Source: Lytechinus pictus
Taxonomy: Eukaryota
DNA length: 64,000 nucleotides
NCBI RefSeq assembly: GCF_037042905.1
Contig: NC_087246.1
Location: forward strand, 4,900,001-4,964,000
Direction: 5' to 3'
Shown here piece by piece: positions 14,697 to 29,300 of this stretch. The notes below the pieces were generated by a model. The model worked only from the letters and a program-made list of their open reading frames with translations. It searched no databases and was not told the origin of the DNA. Each line of letters opens with the position of its first letter. Within the stretch, counting starts at the first letter, position 1. A program made the position numbers and the translations under genes.

Positions 14697-15242
14697 CTAT
14701 GCATCAGAAGTCTGAAAGGAACTGGTCGCTTTTAAAAGAGCTTCTAATTCTTGATTTCGTTTCTCCAATGCTTGGATGTATGATGCTTTTGATTCGTTCT
14801 CTCGTCGGAGTACTGATATCATCTGGACGTGTGTGTCGACCACTGTCTCTTTCTTCCGAGTGACCTCACCAGCTGAAGAATCCTGTAGTGTGAGATAATA
14901 AGATGGTTAGTGTAATGACGAGGGGTGGGATAGTGATAATAATGTTAATTATAAAATTAATGAGAATGACGACGATGAAGATGATGATGTTGGTGATGAC
15001 AATGATGATGCTGCTGCTGCTGCTGATGAGGATGATGATGATGAAGATGAAGATAATGATGATCGTGATGATGATGGAGAAGAATAAAAGATGATGATAA
15101 GGAAGATGACGAATATAACGAGGGCGATGATGTACATCACCACTATAATGATGATGGTGGTGGTGGTGGTGATGATGATGATGAAGATGAGGATGATCAT
15201 TATCATCATGAATATAATGAGGATAATGATGATGATGATGTA

Positions 15243-15292
<50 letters not shown>

Positions 15293-18200
15293 AATGATGA
15301 TGATGATGATAATGATGGTAATAATCATGTCGAAGAAGAAGAGGGCAATAGCGATAGTGATTTATGTGATCATTATCATCATGAATGGTAGTGACATTAT
15401 GATCGTGGTGATGATGATGGTCCTCGAGGCGATGGTGACGTTGATGTACACTTAACCCACCTATTACATCAGTTAATATGGTCAGGAAATTTGTGGTACA
15501 AGTGTAAAGGACCAGACTCTTTTTGAGCATGCCAATAAATTGCATAACCCTTGGACATATTGGAGAAGTTCAGGAACTTGTTATCTACAGGGTCCATAGG
15601 TTCCATGAGGTTACCATCCCGATTGACTACATGTCCACCCACCATTCCAAGCTGAGGTCACACTCTTTGTTTATGTCTAGGGCCCCGCTCGTCAAGAGGG
15701 ATCGTCCTTCTTACGTAATGATAAGGAAAATATCTCATTCGCGTGCGACCTCACCCTGCGATGACAGATCTATCGCGTGCGTCCTCGCCTGAACTTAAGC
15801 TGACGACATGTCTGTTATTTTATAAACCCAGGGTTTCTCTCGTCACAAGAGTCTGCCCTTGTGTTACATAACACATCAAGGACGCTCAGTCGCGTGCAGC
15901 CCCTGGCTGAAGCTGAGGACAAATGTTGTTCTTGGGAGAATGGCACTACGTCCATGGGTAACACATGTGTTACCCGTCGTCCATGGCTGCAGCCATGGAC
16001 CCTACTAAAACTAAAGGATGCTTTGCTCAATGGCAACAGGAAGCTCCTTGATGGCAGGCAGCATGGACTTACAGCTTCCTATAAAAGCTGGTTAATTTCG
16101 AATACGAAAAGGCAATTTCTGTGGCATGTTTAACTTAAAAGTAATTTCTTATTATTCTATACCTGCTGCCATGTGAGAGCGCAAAGATGCATGCGGAGAT
16201 AATCTGTTTTTACGTGACTAGTGCAACTTGATGGGACTTAAGTTTTTAGAGAGCAAGAGAGGTCAAAAACTTAGAACTTGGAGATTTGCAGATACAGTAC
16301 AATGAGAAGTGACGAATGAACAATGATGAAATCATAATATTTAGATTTGTGCAAGCTTTATATATCAATTTTTTTTCAGAGTAATTTTCAACCCTTAAAT
16401 TCGCAACAGCATGAATAGCTTCTATCAAATCATGTTTTTACAATGATAGGATGGCTAAATGAAAGGGGGAGAGCATGCTACTATTTCCCCTAGTGTCTCC
16501 CATTTCCTCCCCCATTATCTCTTCTTATTTTAATTGTTTACTGGATAGATTTTTTGGGGGTACAGGTACTGTTTTGACGAATGTATCACAAAGCTCTTCG
16601 TAACTAAACGGATGACTTAACGCACGACTAATAACCATTTTGGGGGGCTAAATGATACCATTCTTAACTATGTAACTGGTTTAATCATGTTACAAACATG
16701 TGTAAAGTCATGCGTGACTTTATAAACACCTTGTCAGGATATTTTTAGGAGCGCTGCCCCCCCCCCCCCCCCCCGTTGATCTGCCCCTGATCTTATATCA
16801 ACTGATTTCCAGTGTCCTAGTACATACTATTTTCTCCAAAATAACGCCTTGGTCGTCTGGTTGCATCTCATCTATCACGATATCGGAAAGAGTCGAATAG
16901 CGAGCAGACGAATTCCGGTTCTTTGCTTTGATGTATTTGATCGTCTTGAGTATCCGTCTGGTCTCGTCGGGTTGGAGTGAATCATTTTGAGCTGAATCTT
17001 TCCCCGCTTCCGGATAAATATTGGCACCTCTGCTCAGTATATGAAAAAGACAAGAAATAATTTGAATAATACGATTTACTTGGTACCTTTCAACATTTCA
17101 AGTTAAATCCGAGTCAACTGTAACTCACTTGAATCAATATCACGTTCGTCCCTCATTCATGTCATTACGATCATCTTGAATTACTAAGAAATTAAAAAAA
17201 GTCAAATGGATTTACACAAGCTTATATAGGCCTAAATAAGTTGGCTTTTTAGCTATAGATAAAAAGATAATCAAATCAGAAATATATACATGACGTATAA
17301 GAAAGTACACATCCTATGTAGTATTGCTTTCAAATAAAAATCAAGTTAAAATCTCCAGAATTTGTTTTCTACACTGTTAATGAAAAAATAGATTTCATTT
17401 ACCTTGTTTGAGCATGACTTTCGGTTCGGGTACGGTATCTTTCGTTATCCGTTCCATTGACACCGGTACAATCAGAATCTTTCGGTTGTAATTTGCCAAG
17501 TTTAATTAGTGCTTCCTCCTCAAACATACTCTGTAAACAAAACAAAACATCAAGGCTGACTTAGTTTAACTTATCTTTTTTAAGTCTCCATCATCTGATG
17601 CATCGAAATTTACATTGATAAATGAAATGATTATGCTGAGAAAAAAATATGCAAAACAGACCACTCAATGATAACAATTCTGATAGATTCGTACAAGCAA
17701 TCAGATAATAAATATTAAGATGTAACCAATATTCCTTTTAGAGAGGACATTTTAAATTGACACATTTCAGTTTTATGTCGTACAAGCCTTTCGAGGGGCG
17801 GGGAGGGGAGACTAGAGGGCAGCGAGAAAAGATTCTCGAAAATAATTTAAAACCGAGCAATGATATACACCATTAATTGTTGAGACAAAATAACACAGTG
17901 AAGCTTCGGACCCAGGATGTCAGCATGATGTGGGAACACAAACAAATGTTATTGACATTGAAAAATTTCCTCTAATAATATAGGAACTATTTTTTTTCTA
18001 AAGAAGGTACAAGAGGGGGTAACCAGGGGCGTAACAGGGGTCGGTGGGCAGGGGGGGGGGGGGGCAAGAGCCCAAAATTTCCCGGTCATAATCGTGGTAT
18101 GAACAAGCAATGGTGTAATAAGGCAAAATTTTGCTAGATATGGCGTATCGGGCAGAATTTATTTTTTAAAAAAGGAAGTTGCGAGAGAGCAAAGCGAGGG

Positions 18201-21200
18201 AGCAAAAATTTGACATTTTGATTACAGAAATCAAATTTTGTGACAGATTTTGATAAAGTATTCAGAAAATGATATCATTTTAACCCTTCTCTCTTTCCGT
18301 GTTTTTTTTTTGTCTGTACACCATTGTGAACAGGATTTTTGTTTTATGGTTGTGCGCTAAGATCTATGCAGCGGCAGCGTGAACAGTAAAAAAAGAAATA
18401 AAGAGGTGCACAGTGTGGCACATGTGCCAAAAAGCTACATAATAAAAGTCCCGAGTCATGAGAATCTCACTTAGAGACATTTCTGACATATTCAGTACGT
18501 GGGGGTATGATGCGGTAGGATGTGAAAGATATTGTATGTTTGATTTTGCCAGCGCCATAATGAGGCTGCGATGAATGCAAGAAATGCTCCCCAGGGAGGG
18601 GAAGTTGTGCACTTTTCGTGCGGGATTGAAATGAATCCAATGACCGGGGTAATAATATGCTGTAACGCGCTTTGAGCCATTCTGGGAAAAGCGCTTTATA
18701 AAAATTGGCTATTATTATTATGGGGCAGAGCCCCCGGAAGCTTAGGACATGTTGAAGATTTAGCCAAAATAAACATTAAGATACTTTTTTAGGTGAAATC
18801 CGCCAGGGGGCAGCCTGCCCCCCCCCCCCTGTTACGCCACTGGGGGCAACGTACCACAGGGTATCGTCGGTGTTTAAGTTTGGAGTGAAAAGGGAGTGAA
18901 ATGTGCCCATGGCGCAACACCCACTGATCTCAGTGGCAACACCCCACCCCCTGGACCAGCCTCTGTACACCTTGTTCAATGAACTGGGAATAGTGCATGT
19001 CCGGGTCTATTGTTGTTCATAAATTGCAAAGTATTTATTATTTGGTTACCTTCACAGTCGGGTAGTCTTTCATCACACCCAAGACGTCCTCACGAGAGAG
19101 AGAAAAAAGCTCGGAAAATCCAACAGAATATACATCAGCTATTCTCCTATAACAATGATAAAAATGAGATTTATAATTGTCTTCTATAATTAAAAATGAC
19201 AGTGATAACATAACACGGTATAATTGTTATACGAACAATAAAATAGTTTATTTTTTACAGAAACTAAGTTACAAAGGATGTGCGACTGATGTGATAAGCA
19301 CAGGAGTGGTGCCAATACATTTTGATATGGAGTAAGACGAACTGAAGTTGATGTCAGTTTTGCAAATTACAACAGGGTTAATACGCAGTTAATCGATCCA
19401 GACCTCTCTTTTTTAATACCCATCTCTCTTCTTTCATCATCTTTCTTCCTGGTCCCTTTAGATTTCTATCATTTAAAAAAAAATATGCAAGGAAAATTCC
19501 TTGCTGAATGAAGGGTTCATTCCTCCAGAAAGCCATGAGTGAATTTAAATGTTTTAATTAGATCTATAATTGTGATCGAGTGTTTTATTTTCGTGTGTAG
19601 AGATAGCGTCGTATATTAGGCCCATAAGAATTTGTAATAACACCAGCCGTGGTTTATTAACGCCTTCTTGTTTTGTTGAGGCATTTAGTTTACAGTGTCA
19701 CTTACTTCCTGATATGCCGATTTGTGGTACATATTTTGGTGTTTAATAAATACACAGGGAAAACCCCCGTTGTCATGGTTACAATTAATGTTAACACAAT
19801 AGGACGAATATTAACCACAGAATGATGACTATTATTATCATGTAGGCCTCTCGGAAAAATTAATGATCTTGCAATGCATTAATATTATAATATGATTTTG
19901 ATAGTGCAAATCTTCAAATAAAACTGCACACTGAAAGTCCCCGGTTTTTATGTTTAATTTACCTATGACTGTTTCCTTCGAGGTCGAGAATGCCGTCCTC
20001 TCCAAAATAGTCACCTGATTTGAGCGTAGAGATCACATGACCTGCCTCACTATATCAAGTGGGAATACAAAAGTGAATTAAATGTGGTAAATGATAGATA
20101 AAACATTTCAGGAGAGATGAAATAATCCATTCCATTCAAAGACAATTAAAGCATAAGCGATGTTGCGTCTCGCCCACTTGTGAAAGTAACCAGAAATATC
20201 ATGATTTGCGAGGGCACGCAAATGTGGGAGCGGCAAGTGGGTAAGGGGGCGCAAAAATGAAATTCAGCACTATTGTCTGGAGGCATGTGCCCCCACACAT
20301 GCCGCTCCCATGACAGTATATAATCTCTTAGAAAAATATTGCACATCAAAAAGCAGAAATGCAGAGGGGGGGGGGGGCAAAAAATTAACTACTTTCACGA
20401 ATGTATTGTATTGTTTTATTTCAATCTATAATTTATTTTTTTTCTTTTCAATAATGATCTTGAGATGTACAAAATGTATTTACTTTGCTGTAAATGTGGA
20501 AATAAATGAAATGAAACAATTAAGAATGATTTGAGAGTAAAATTAGCAGATTAATTTAATTTATAGGCTACTGTTAGAGTATTCTACCACAACCGATTAT
20601 CCATTAATTAAACCACATATTTATACCAGTTTTAATTAGAACAAGTTCAGAATACGGGCATAAATATATTAAACTTTATTTTTCTACTGTTATTTTCAGT
20701 CCATATCTGACCCGGAAACAAGAAAATAATACAACTTTTTTGTGGATACACCTAAAATGCAATCACAACTCCACCCACATGACATGGCTCTTTGAGAAGC
20801 GATTGAAACCAATGATATGATTTACGAGGATCATTAATTATAGTGCTTTGAAAGCAAATACTGCAATCATGGTAATGGTAAGTAGTGAAAATGTATTCGA
20901 TATATAATAGCTAATTAACTTTCGATTTTTTATGATATGTTCATTCCATACTTCGCTTCTTCTCCTTCATTTCCTTATATCATTGAAATGTAACATAAGC
21001 TGGGGTATCCTGACCAATGTCCCATTTGCCTTCAAGATATTTATTTCTTAATAATTTACAATCATAAAATTGATGTTTTCTATCATACCGAAGTTTAAGT
21101 ACGTGTTCATCCCATATTTATGATGTATGTTATATTCCTGTAAAAATCATGAGTTCAGTTTTCCATTTCCTTTTCTATTTCCTTTTCTTTCCTGAATCCC

Positions 21201-24200
21201 ATGACAGAAGAGCAGTGTCAAGATAGGTACAGCTCATAATGGAAAATCCAACCGATACTAATGATATCAAATATTATCGTCTTACTCAGTAATCTTGAAA
21301 AATCCATGGGACACAATAAACATCTCCTTGGCAACGGCACCTTTCTTATAGACGATATCATCAGGAGTAAAGATACATAAATGCATCTTAAGAACAAGAT
21401 CATGAAGGAATTCGGGAGGACAAAACTTCAGAATCGAAACCTGTATAATAGCAAAGAAGAATACAATTCAAACGATCGTTTATATGCAATACTTTGTTTA
21501 TTGGTAAATTTATTTGATAATTAACAATGTGCATATGAACATATTATGACAAATCATAATATTTTCATTTCTACATGCAAATATCGCAAATGGGTTTATT
21601 AATTATTGAACATACACACGATACAAGTGAGAGTATATCCATACATAATCTGGATGAATATAGAACCAAACGGAAGTCTGATCAATTGTTCGCTGATTTG
21701 TTCGCAAGTCTAAAATGGATGACACTAGACAAACGATTTGAGCTCAGTCGCGTTTTGATGATATATAAATGTGTTCATAATGTAGCACCTTCTTACCTTC
21801 AGGTAAACTTAACCAATCCAAAAGATGTACATGAACATCATACCAGACAGAGAGACAGTGGATATTTACGCGTGCACAAGTTTCGCACTGATTGTTATAA
21901 GTGTAGTCTAATTGTTTCTCCAATATTTGAATGGAATAAGCTTGATAATTCAATTAGAACAGCTCCTTCTGTCATTTCATTTAAGAGAATGTTTAGAAGA
22001 ACTTGTAATTTATAAATAACTTGCGGAACATCCACTGTTGTGCGTATTTTGTGTTAGCATGACCTTGATGATTTGGTGTATATTATCAGTATTTTCAAGA
22101 TGTCGTTCTTAGTTAATTTGATTTATTGATATTTGATTTTACGTCAAACGAGTGCCCGTCTGCGTTTTGTTTGCTGCTAAGTTTGTTAATGTTTCGTTTT
22201 ACATTCAAATCCTAATGTGAATCTTAATGCAGTAACATTCTGTACATACGTTATGCATTTTGTAAATATGTTTATTGTTATTCAGGGCCCCATGGAAGAC
22301 CACTACTTATTGGTGAATGGGCTACCCTGTCAAAATATCAGAAATAAATAAAATAAATAAATAAATAAATAAATAAATGTGATTAAGTATTCTGACTATC
22401 ATAATAAAGATTTATGACTCACTTAGGCTGCATAGTTCTTTTTATAAAATAGTGACATAAATCATAATCAAACATGTCAAACGATTGGCTGAAATCTATC
22501 ACGTGACCACGGTGACAAGCCAACTATTTCAACTAACATGAAAATTTGCTGATGACTGCATTGTTTGTTTGTCCTCTTAATTTCCTTATATAAAATTACA
22601 CAAACATAATGCATACATACACAGAATATTTGTGTTCAAAGTCACATTATGTGATAAGGATAACGAGTAAATAAAACATAGGTGCAATATAATGATGCTG
22701 ATGGTTTTCTGAAGTTATATTTACCAGTGATTACTTCTATGGATTAATGCCTAGTTCTAATGACCAGTCATGGTTTGAGATGAGCATGTTTTATCAAACA
22801 AGACTCCACATTAGTATCTTGACTATCTTGTAAAACACACTTATAGAATGATTACACACACTTGTTACATTTAAAACAGTCCAAATGCCCTCGGCTATGC
22901 CTCGTGCGTGTCAGAATTCCCCCGAAAGATACACCATGCGTGTAAAGCTCTCGATGGTGGGTATTGTATGCTATGTATTTTGATTTATTATGTACATGTT
23001 TATAAATCATTAAGTCATTGTATTTACTATCACTTAATTTACATTGAATAAATAAAGAATCTTACAAAATGTAAACAAAACCACAAAAAAAACCGAACTA
23101 TATCGATGGTAGATTTTATGAAAATGTCAATCAAGAACGACGAGAAGGTGATTTATTTTTATTAGTAAGAAATTTATATGAACATCGAAAAGAAGCATGG
23201 CATAATCCACATAAAATCAAGAACTGTTGATAAACATTTTGGTTTGGTTATTCACTACTCATCAAGCCTATAGAATATATTTTAATTAACATTAAATATT
23301 AAAGACGGAATGTTTATTATGAATATGATAAAAAAAAATATATTTATGTAGTTTATACGCCTGGCAAGTTACTTGATTGTCACAAAAAAAAATCAGTGCA
23401 AGAAATGTTGATGCCATTTAGTTTATAGACATGATAATGAGATCTTCCCATACTCATTTAATTTTCATTTCGTTTTTTTTCTTTTCAAACAAATACAATA
23501 AGTCGTCCCTGTCCCACATCTTGACATTATAATTAGAAAAAAAAAACATATAGGATAGAAAGAACAACATAGACAAGATAGTTAAGCAGCAGGTTGATAA
23601 ATGGAGGATGCTGCTAAAAATTCATCCGGTTAAACTTAAATATACAAAATGGCAACTATATCTGTACATATACACTGTAGAGCATAATACCATTTAGATT
23701 GATAGTGTAAAAATGAACAAGAAAGATAGAATGAAAAAGAGAGAGATATGAGATCTCGACAATTTTGCCCCAGCCCTCACGATCGACGAAACCCACTGAT
23801 CAACAGGACAATGGAACATAGTTTTTTTCTCCCAAAATGTATACAATGGCGTCCACGTTATATACAGTGGCGTACCGTGGGTCACGGCATTGAGGGGGGG
23901 GGTGCACCAGCAAACATTTTGAGTCACTTAATGATCGCGCTTCGCGCGCTCAGTTGCCATGTATATACTGACCTAATAGAGACATTTTAAAGACAGTGCC
24001 ATTAAACGGATATGTATCTCACTGATCAAATAATGCGAGCACGAAGCGCGAGCTGAAAATTTTTGATATTCAGACCTAGAAAGGGACATTATAAGCAAAT
24101 TTTTGTTATCATGTTACTTACCGGTCTCGCTAAACAAACAATCCGAGCGCGAAGCACAAGCTGAAATTTTGTATATATTGACCCCAACCAGGGATATTTT

Positions 24201-25933
24201 AAGGACTATATTTTAGAAATCCATATTCATATAATGTGAGTGCCAAGCGCTTGCTGATTTGGTTAGAATTACATCTAAACACATGAAGCACTTTTTGTAG
24301 TCATTATAATCATGATTATCATACGCATCTCACTAATCAAATATTGCGAGCGCGAAGCGCGAGCTGAAAATATAGGAAATTCATACCTGAAGAGGGGCAT
24401 TCTACGGCTTGTTTGTAGGAATTCACTAAGACCATACGTATTTCACTAACCAAACGATGCGAGCGCGAAACGCGAGCTGAAAATTTTTGATATTCAGAAC
24501 AGAAAAGGGGACATTTTAAGGACTGATTTTAGGAATTCATGAAGAGCAGACATATCTCACCAATCCTTTAATGCGAACGTAAGCACAGACAGGAAATGTT
24601 TTATATTAAGACCTTGAAATGGGGCGATCACTTTAAGTAGTCATGAAAAAGAAGCATATGTCACTACATAAAACAATAATAGCTCGAAGTGCCAGGAAAT
24701 ATATTTGGTGTATATTGACTCGATTTGATAATGTACGTCTCTCAAATGTACTTGAAAACTATAGTATTCCGAAAAAATATTTGATCTATTATATCTAGTT
24801 AAACAGACAATGCGAGCACCAGGAACAATGAAGACATAGGTCCTGAGCAAATTATGTTTCATAAAGTTATGAAAAAAATTTATGTAAAATACAGTCACAT
24901 AACATAATTATCATATAATATAACATTATAATGAACAATAATTTCTTCTTTCCCATTACGTTTCTTTTCCTTTCTCCCTCTTTTTCCCCTTTTCCCCGTT
25001 TTTTTTTTGCCAGCCGATTGGGGGGGGGGGGGGGCCACGTGCCCCCCATGACCCCCTGTAGTTACGCCATTGGTTATATGTACTAACAAATATATGTGAG
25101 TGAATGATGAAGAACTAAATTAATTGAGAATTCTTTTTCATTTTTCAAACTTCAATTTTAACCTTACACTCTGACAACCGAGCAAGCAAGCAAATAAACA
25201 AATATAGTCTATGATCTCTAGCGAATAAGTTGTATAATCCATTAATGCTTAATCGTGAATTCCCATAGGGAATACTTGTTCCCCGATCATGTCGACTGAT
25301 TCAGGCTCCGACATTCTGGAATAGATTTAATCAGTTGTATGCACCCTGGATTTCCCTTTTAAACAATCAGGATGGTATAACTGTAACTACATTAGTGTTG
25401 ATACCACACCCCCTCTAAAATGAATGTTACATACTAAAAATACCTTTTTCAATGTTTGTAGATTGACATGAAGAGCGAGTTCCGTGCGGTGTGTCTCTGG
25501 AAGGAGACCAAGTGAATTAACGTCACATTGACCACGGGTAGCCCCACTTAAAACAAAAAATATACAGATGTGTGCAATTAAACAAAATAATTAGTACATT
25601 ACTATGTGCCACTCCCTCACAAAGTATATGAAACTTTGAAAGCATTTTTTTTGGGGGAGGGAGGGTCGATATGGCGTATCGCGTAAAATTAATAAGTTGC
25701 GAGCGAGCGAGCGAGCGAAGTGAGCGGGCAAAATTTTTGTCATTTTTATCACAAAAATGCAAGTTAATAGATTTTGACATAATATTCGGAAAATAATATC
25801 ATTTTCCACCCTTATCCCTTTCATTTTCTCTTTTTAGGGGGGGGGGGGGGTAAGAGCCCCCAAGCTATCCCATCTGTACGCCCATGTTGCTAATATTATA
25901 GACATACCAACAATTTTATACTATTACTACTAT

Positions 25934-25982
<49 letters not shown>

Positions 25983-26016
25983 GCTGCTACTGCTACTACT
26001 ACTACTACTACTACTT

Positions 26017-26053
<37 letters not shown>

Positions 26054-26242
26054 GATAACTTCGCTTTAAATGCACAAGAGCTAATCTGATCCCCAATTCC
26101 ACTCCTCTTAGAGCATGGACCTTCTAGTAGGTCCATGCTTAGAGTGAGACGAGGGACCAGTCGTTTTGGAGTGGGATTTACATCTTTTGAGAGTGCATTA
26201 CAGCTCCTTCTGGAGTGAAAATATCTAAAAATATAAACAGTG

Positions 26243-26338
<96 letters not shown>

Positions 26339-29300
26339 TTCTTCTACTACCACTTACTGCTACTGCTTCTGCCCCTACTTACCGTTCCCATGTGTAATCA
26401 TACCACCTAAGTATCCGCAGTTGAACATCTCTTGGAACATTATTTCTTCTCATGTAACCTTTCGCATGATCCTGATAGAGTAAACCAAAATAGAATCACA
26501 AGTAGAGTGTTGTTAAAATGATAAGAACAAACATGAACAACTGTAACAATAATAATGATAATAACAATAACGATATAATGATTATTATGATGATGGTAAT
26601 ATAATAGTAAAAATAATAATAATAATAATAATAATAACAATGATAATAATAATAAGAAGAAGAAGAAGAAGGAGGAGAAGAAGAAGAAGAATGATAACAA
26701 GAAATAGAAGAGGAAGAAGAAGAAGAAAACACTACTAATGATAATAATGTTTGTTATCATTATTATTTTCATCATCATCATTATGATTTTTGCTATAGAG
26801 TCCCCTACTTCTTTAAAAAGTAAATAATTACGTGAAAGCGATTTAATTGCATAAAGCAGAAGTTCGCATACAATTCTCTGGATTATATTAATTACTACAT
26901 TCGATCTTTAATCGTTTTTTGTTATTATTTAAAATCTTGAATGCTTGAGTGTCCCATTAAGGAATATTGCCAATAAGCAAATAAAAAAAAATTACAATTG
27001 AGTGATTTGACAATAATATACAAAATAAGCAAAGGAAATAAGAAATTGAATACATCATATTCTCTCTACTTGCCCTTCAAACAAACAAATGATTAAAATA
27101 GACGAGTGAATAATAAAAACAATGTTATAAAGAAATACATATTTAGACCTCATGGTGTATAATAAACTTACCACTTCCCGTTCAAATTCCATTCGGGTCA
27201 AGTTGCGATTTCCGATGATATTTCCAACTTGTCCTATAATTCAATGGCAGTGAATATAAGGACCAAAATAATAAATGTCTCTTCTAAAACCTCTACTAGT
27301 ATTCGAAAGAAACCCTACACAGTAAAGGCCTATACATTATTTAAAGAAACGATGCTTCTCGAACTTTGCAACTAATAGTCCTATGTTATACAGGTATGCT
27401 AAGTAATGTCTGATTGAAATTTGCATCTGAAAGTGTGAAAAGAAAGGCAATCAAGAATAAATACATGTCTTTTTGTCACATGTATTATCAGGTGCATGTA
27501 ATCTTCTTCTTTGTTCCACCAAATACGCAATAATATGAAATTGCTTGTTTTTATAACATGATTGTTTTTTGCTTGTTTTTATAACATGCGTTTTCAGTCT
27601 AATAACAGGTGTGTTACGGTTTGTGATTTAACTAATATAACTGAACTCTTCTAATGTTGAAGAATAATTAAGAGTCATATGTGCATATAATAATAATAGG
27701 CATTTAAATAGCACCGTCTATCTAGAAATAATCTATTCCGGGGCGCATTGTTTATTATTATCATTACCCCGGTTTTAGCTCGAGCTGCCTTTCAGCGCTC
27801 AGTGCATTCAAAGAATTAATCATGCCGGGAACCCATTCACCTCACCCGGGTTGAGTGCAGCACAATGTGGATAAATTTCTTATTTATTTAAATTACGCCA
27901 TGGATGGGATTCGAACCCAAGACCCTATGTTTTAAAGTCAGAAGACTAATCCACTGGACCACAACGCTCCACATATAACAGGTACAGACTTAGATAACGT
28001 TAAGGGTGCAATCCTTTGGGAAAGGTACAATGTGCAGCAGAAATCGAAAAGTGTCTCATCATTTAAGGTAAATCAATGGGAAGAGAGGTGCACTTCCATA
28101 GAAGGATATTTCAACCCAATTGTCAACCCATGTCATAACTGTATACAGTACGTTATATCAAATTTTGCAACATTGCAGGGCGATTCCATGCTAGAAAAAT
28201 CAGCCATTTTCGCAACATTTTTAAACCTACTGTCCAAACAAATGAGGAACTTCAGTTTGTTTTGTGGTAATAATAAAGTACTACTGGAAAGTCATATGAA
28301 GAAATGACAACCGACAAAAATATCTTGTCCATGGGTGAATTAAAGGTGAAAATGTTGCGTGTCGTACGGGACATTTCTGAGTCCCGTACGACACACAACA
28401 TTCTCACCTTTAATTCACCCATAATCCAACATTCTTTTGTTGGTAATCACTTTTTCAGATGACTACCTACTTCATTATTGACAAAAAATAATTTTCTACT
28501 GCTCAAGCAATCAGCTAATAGACTTAAAATTGTTGTCAAAATGTCCCGTACGACACGTATGGAATCGCCCTGCAGATGTTGGTACATGTGCAAGTTTGGG
28601 GCAAGTTTCACCCTATTTTGCCCGAAAAAGTATTCAAAGAGTTGCATTTTCACACCTAAGGCGTAAGATCGCACCTCTTGTTTGTGTGTACATGAGACAT
28701 GTTATGTGTAGACGTATGATTGAAAATCTTGATCTTTCAATAACGAGAAAAAAGTAGTCACTGATTACTTTCGAAAGCTTGGTGATTTATAATTCATTTT
28801 AGAGGTAGGCCTATACCCTTTTAATAACGTATACAGTGCATATTAAATACGATAATTGACGACCTTATAATAAAATTAAGAAATAAATAAACGAATAATC
28901 GAATGAAATAGAAGGGGTCTCGGTTTAAACTTAAATCTTACCAACAACCGTTGCAAAGATGAAAATACCAATCAGATATCCAATAATTTGAATTATATAT
29001 CTGCATATAGACAGAAAATCAGAAAAATATGTTTTGAATTCAAAATACGAAATTAATTACCGAAGCCATCTATCGCGTATGTACATAGCTATAAAATTTT
29101 ACACAAAATAATATAATATCAGTGAGATTGTGTATATCAATTCCAGTAATTACACCTTGTTTATTGATGTTGTAGCTTATCTGGGAATGAAATTATATAT
29201 CATATCATATCATCCATTTGAAAGCAAATTTCATATCGTATACACAAGAAAAGGCCATAATACAAATTATAGATGCAAAGGGGTATAATGATATAATCTA

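Noticed and set aside
14903..15545. Poly-His/Met/Ser ORFs (also 25896-26781, 44536-45352, 53816-54520)
   Set aside because: These are translations of trinucleotide microsatellites and pyrimidine tracts.
16163..16203. Hidden extra exon in gene A's last intron (ag...cag|gtatag)
   Set aside because: It is 41 nt long, would break the frame between two phase-0 junctions, and has no similarity to gene B exon 11.
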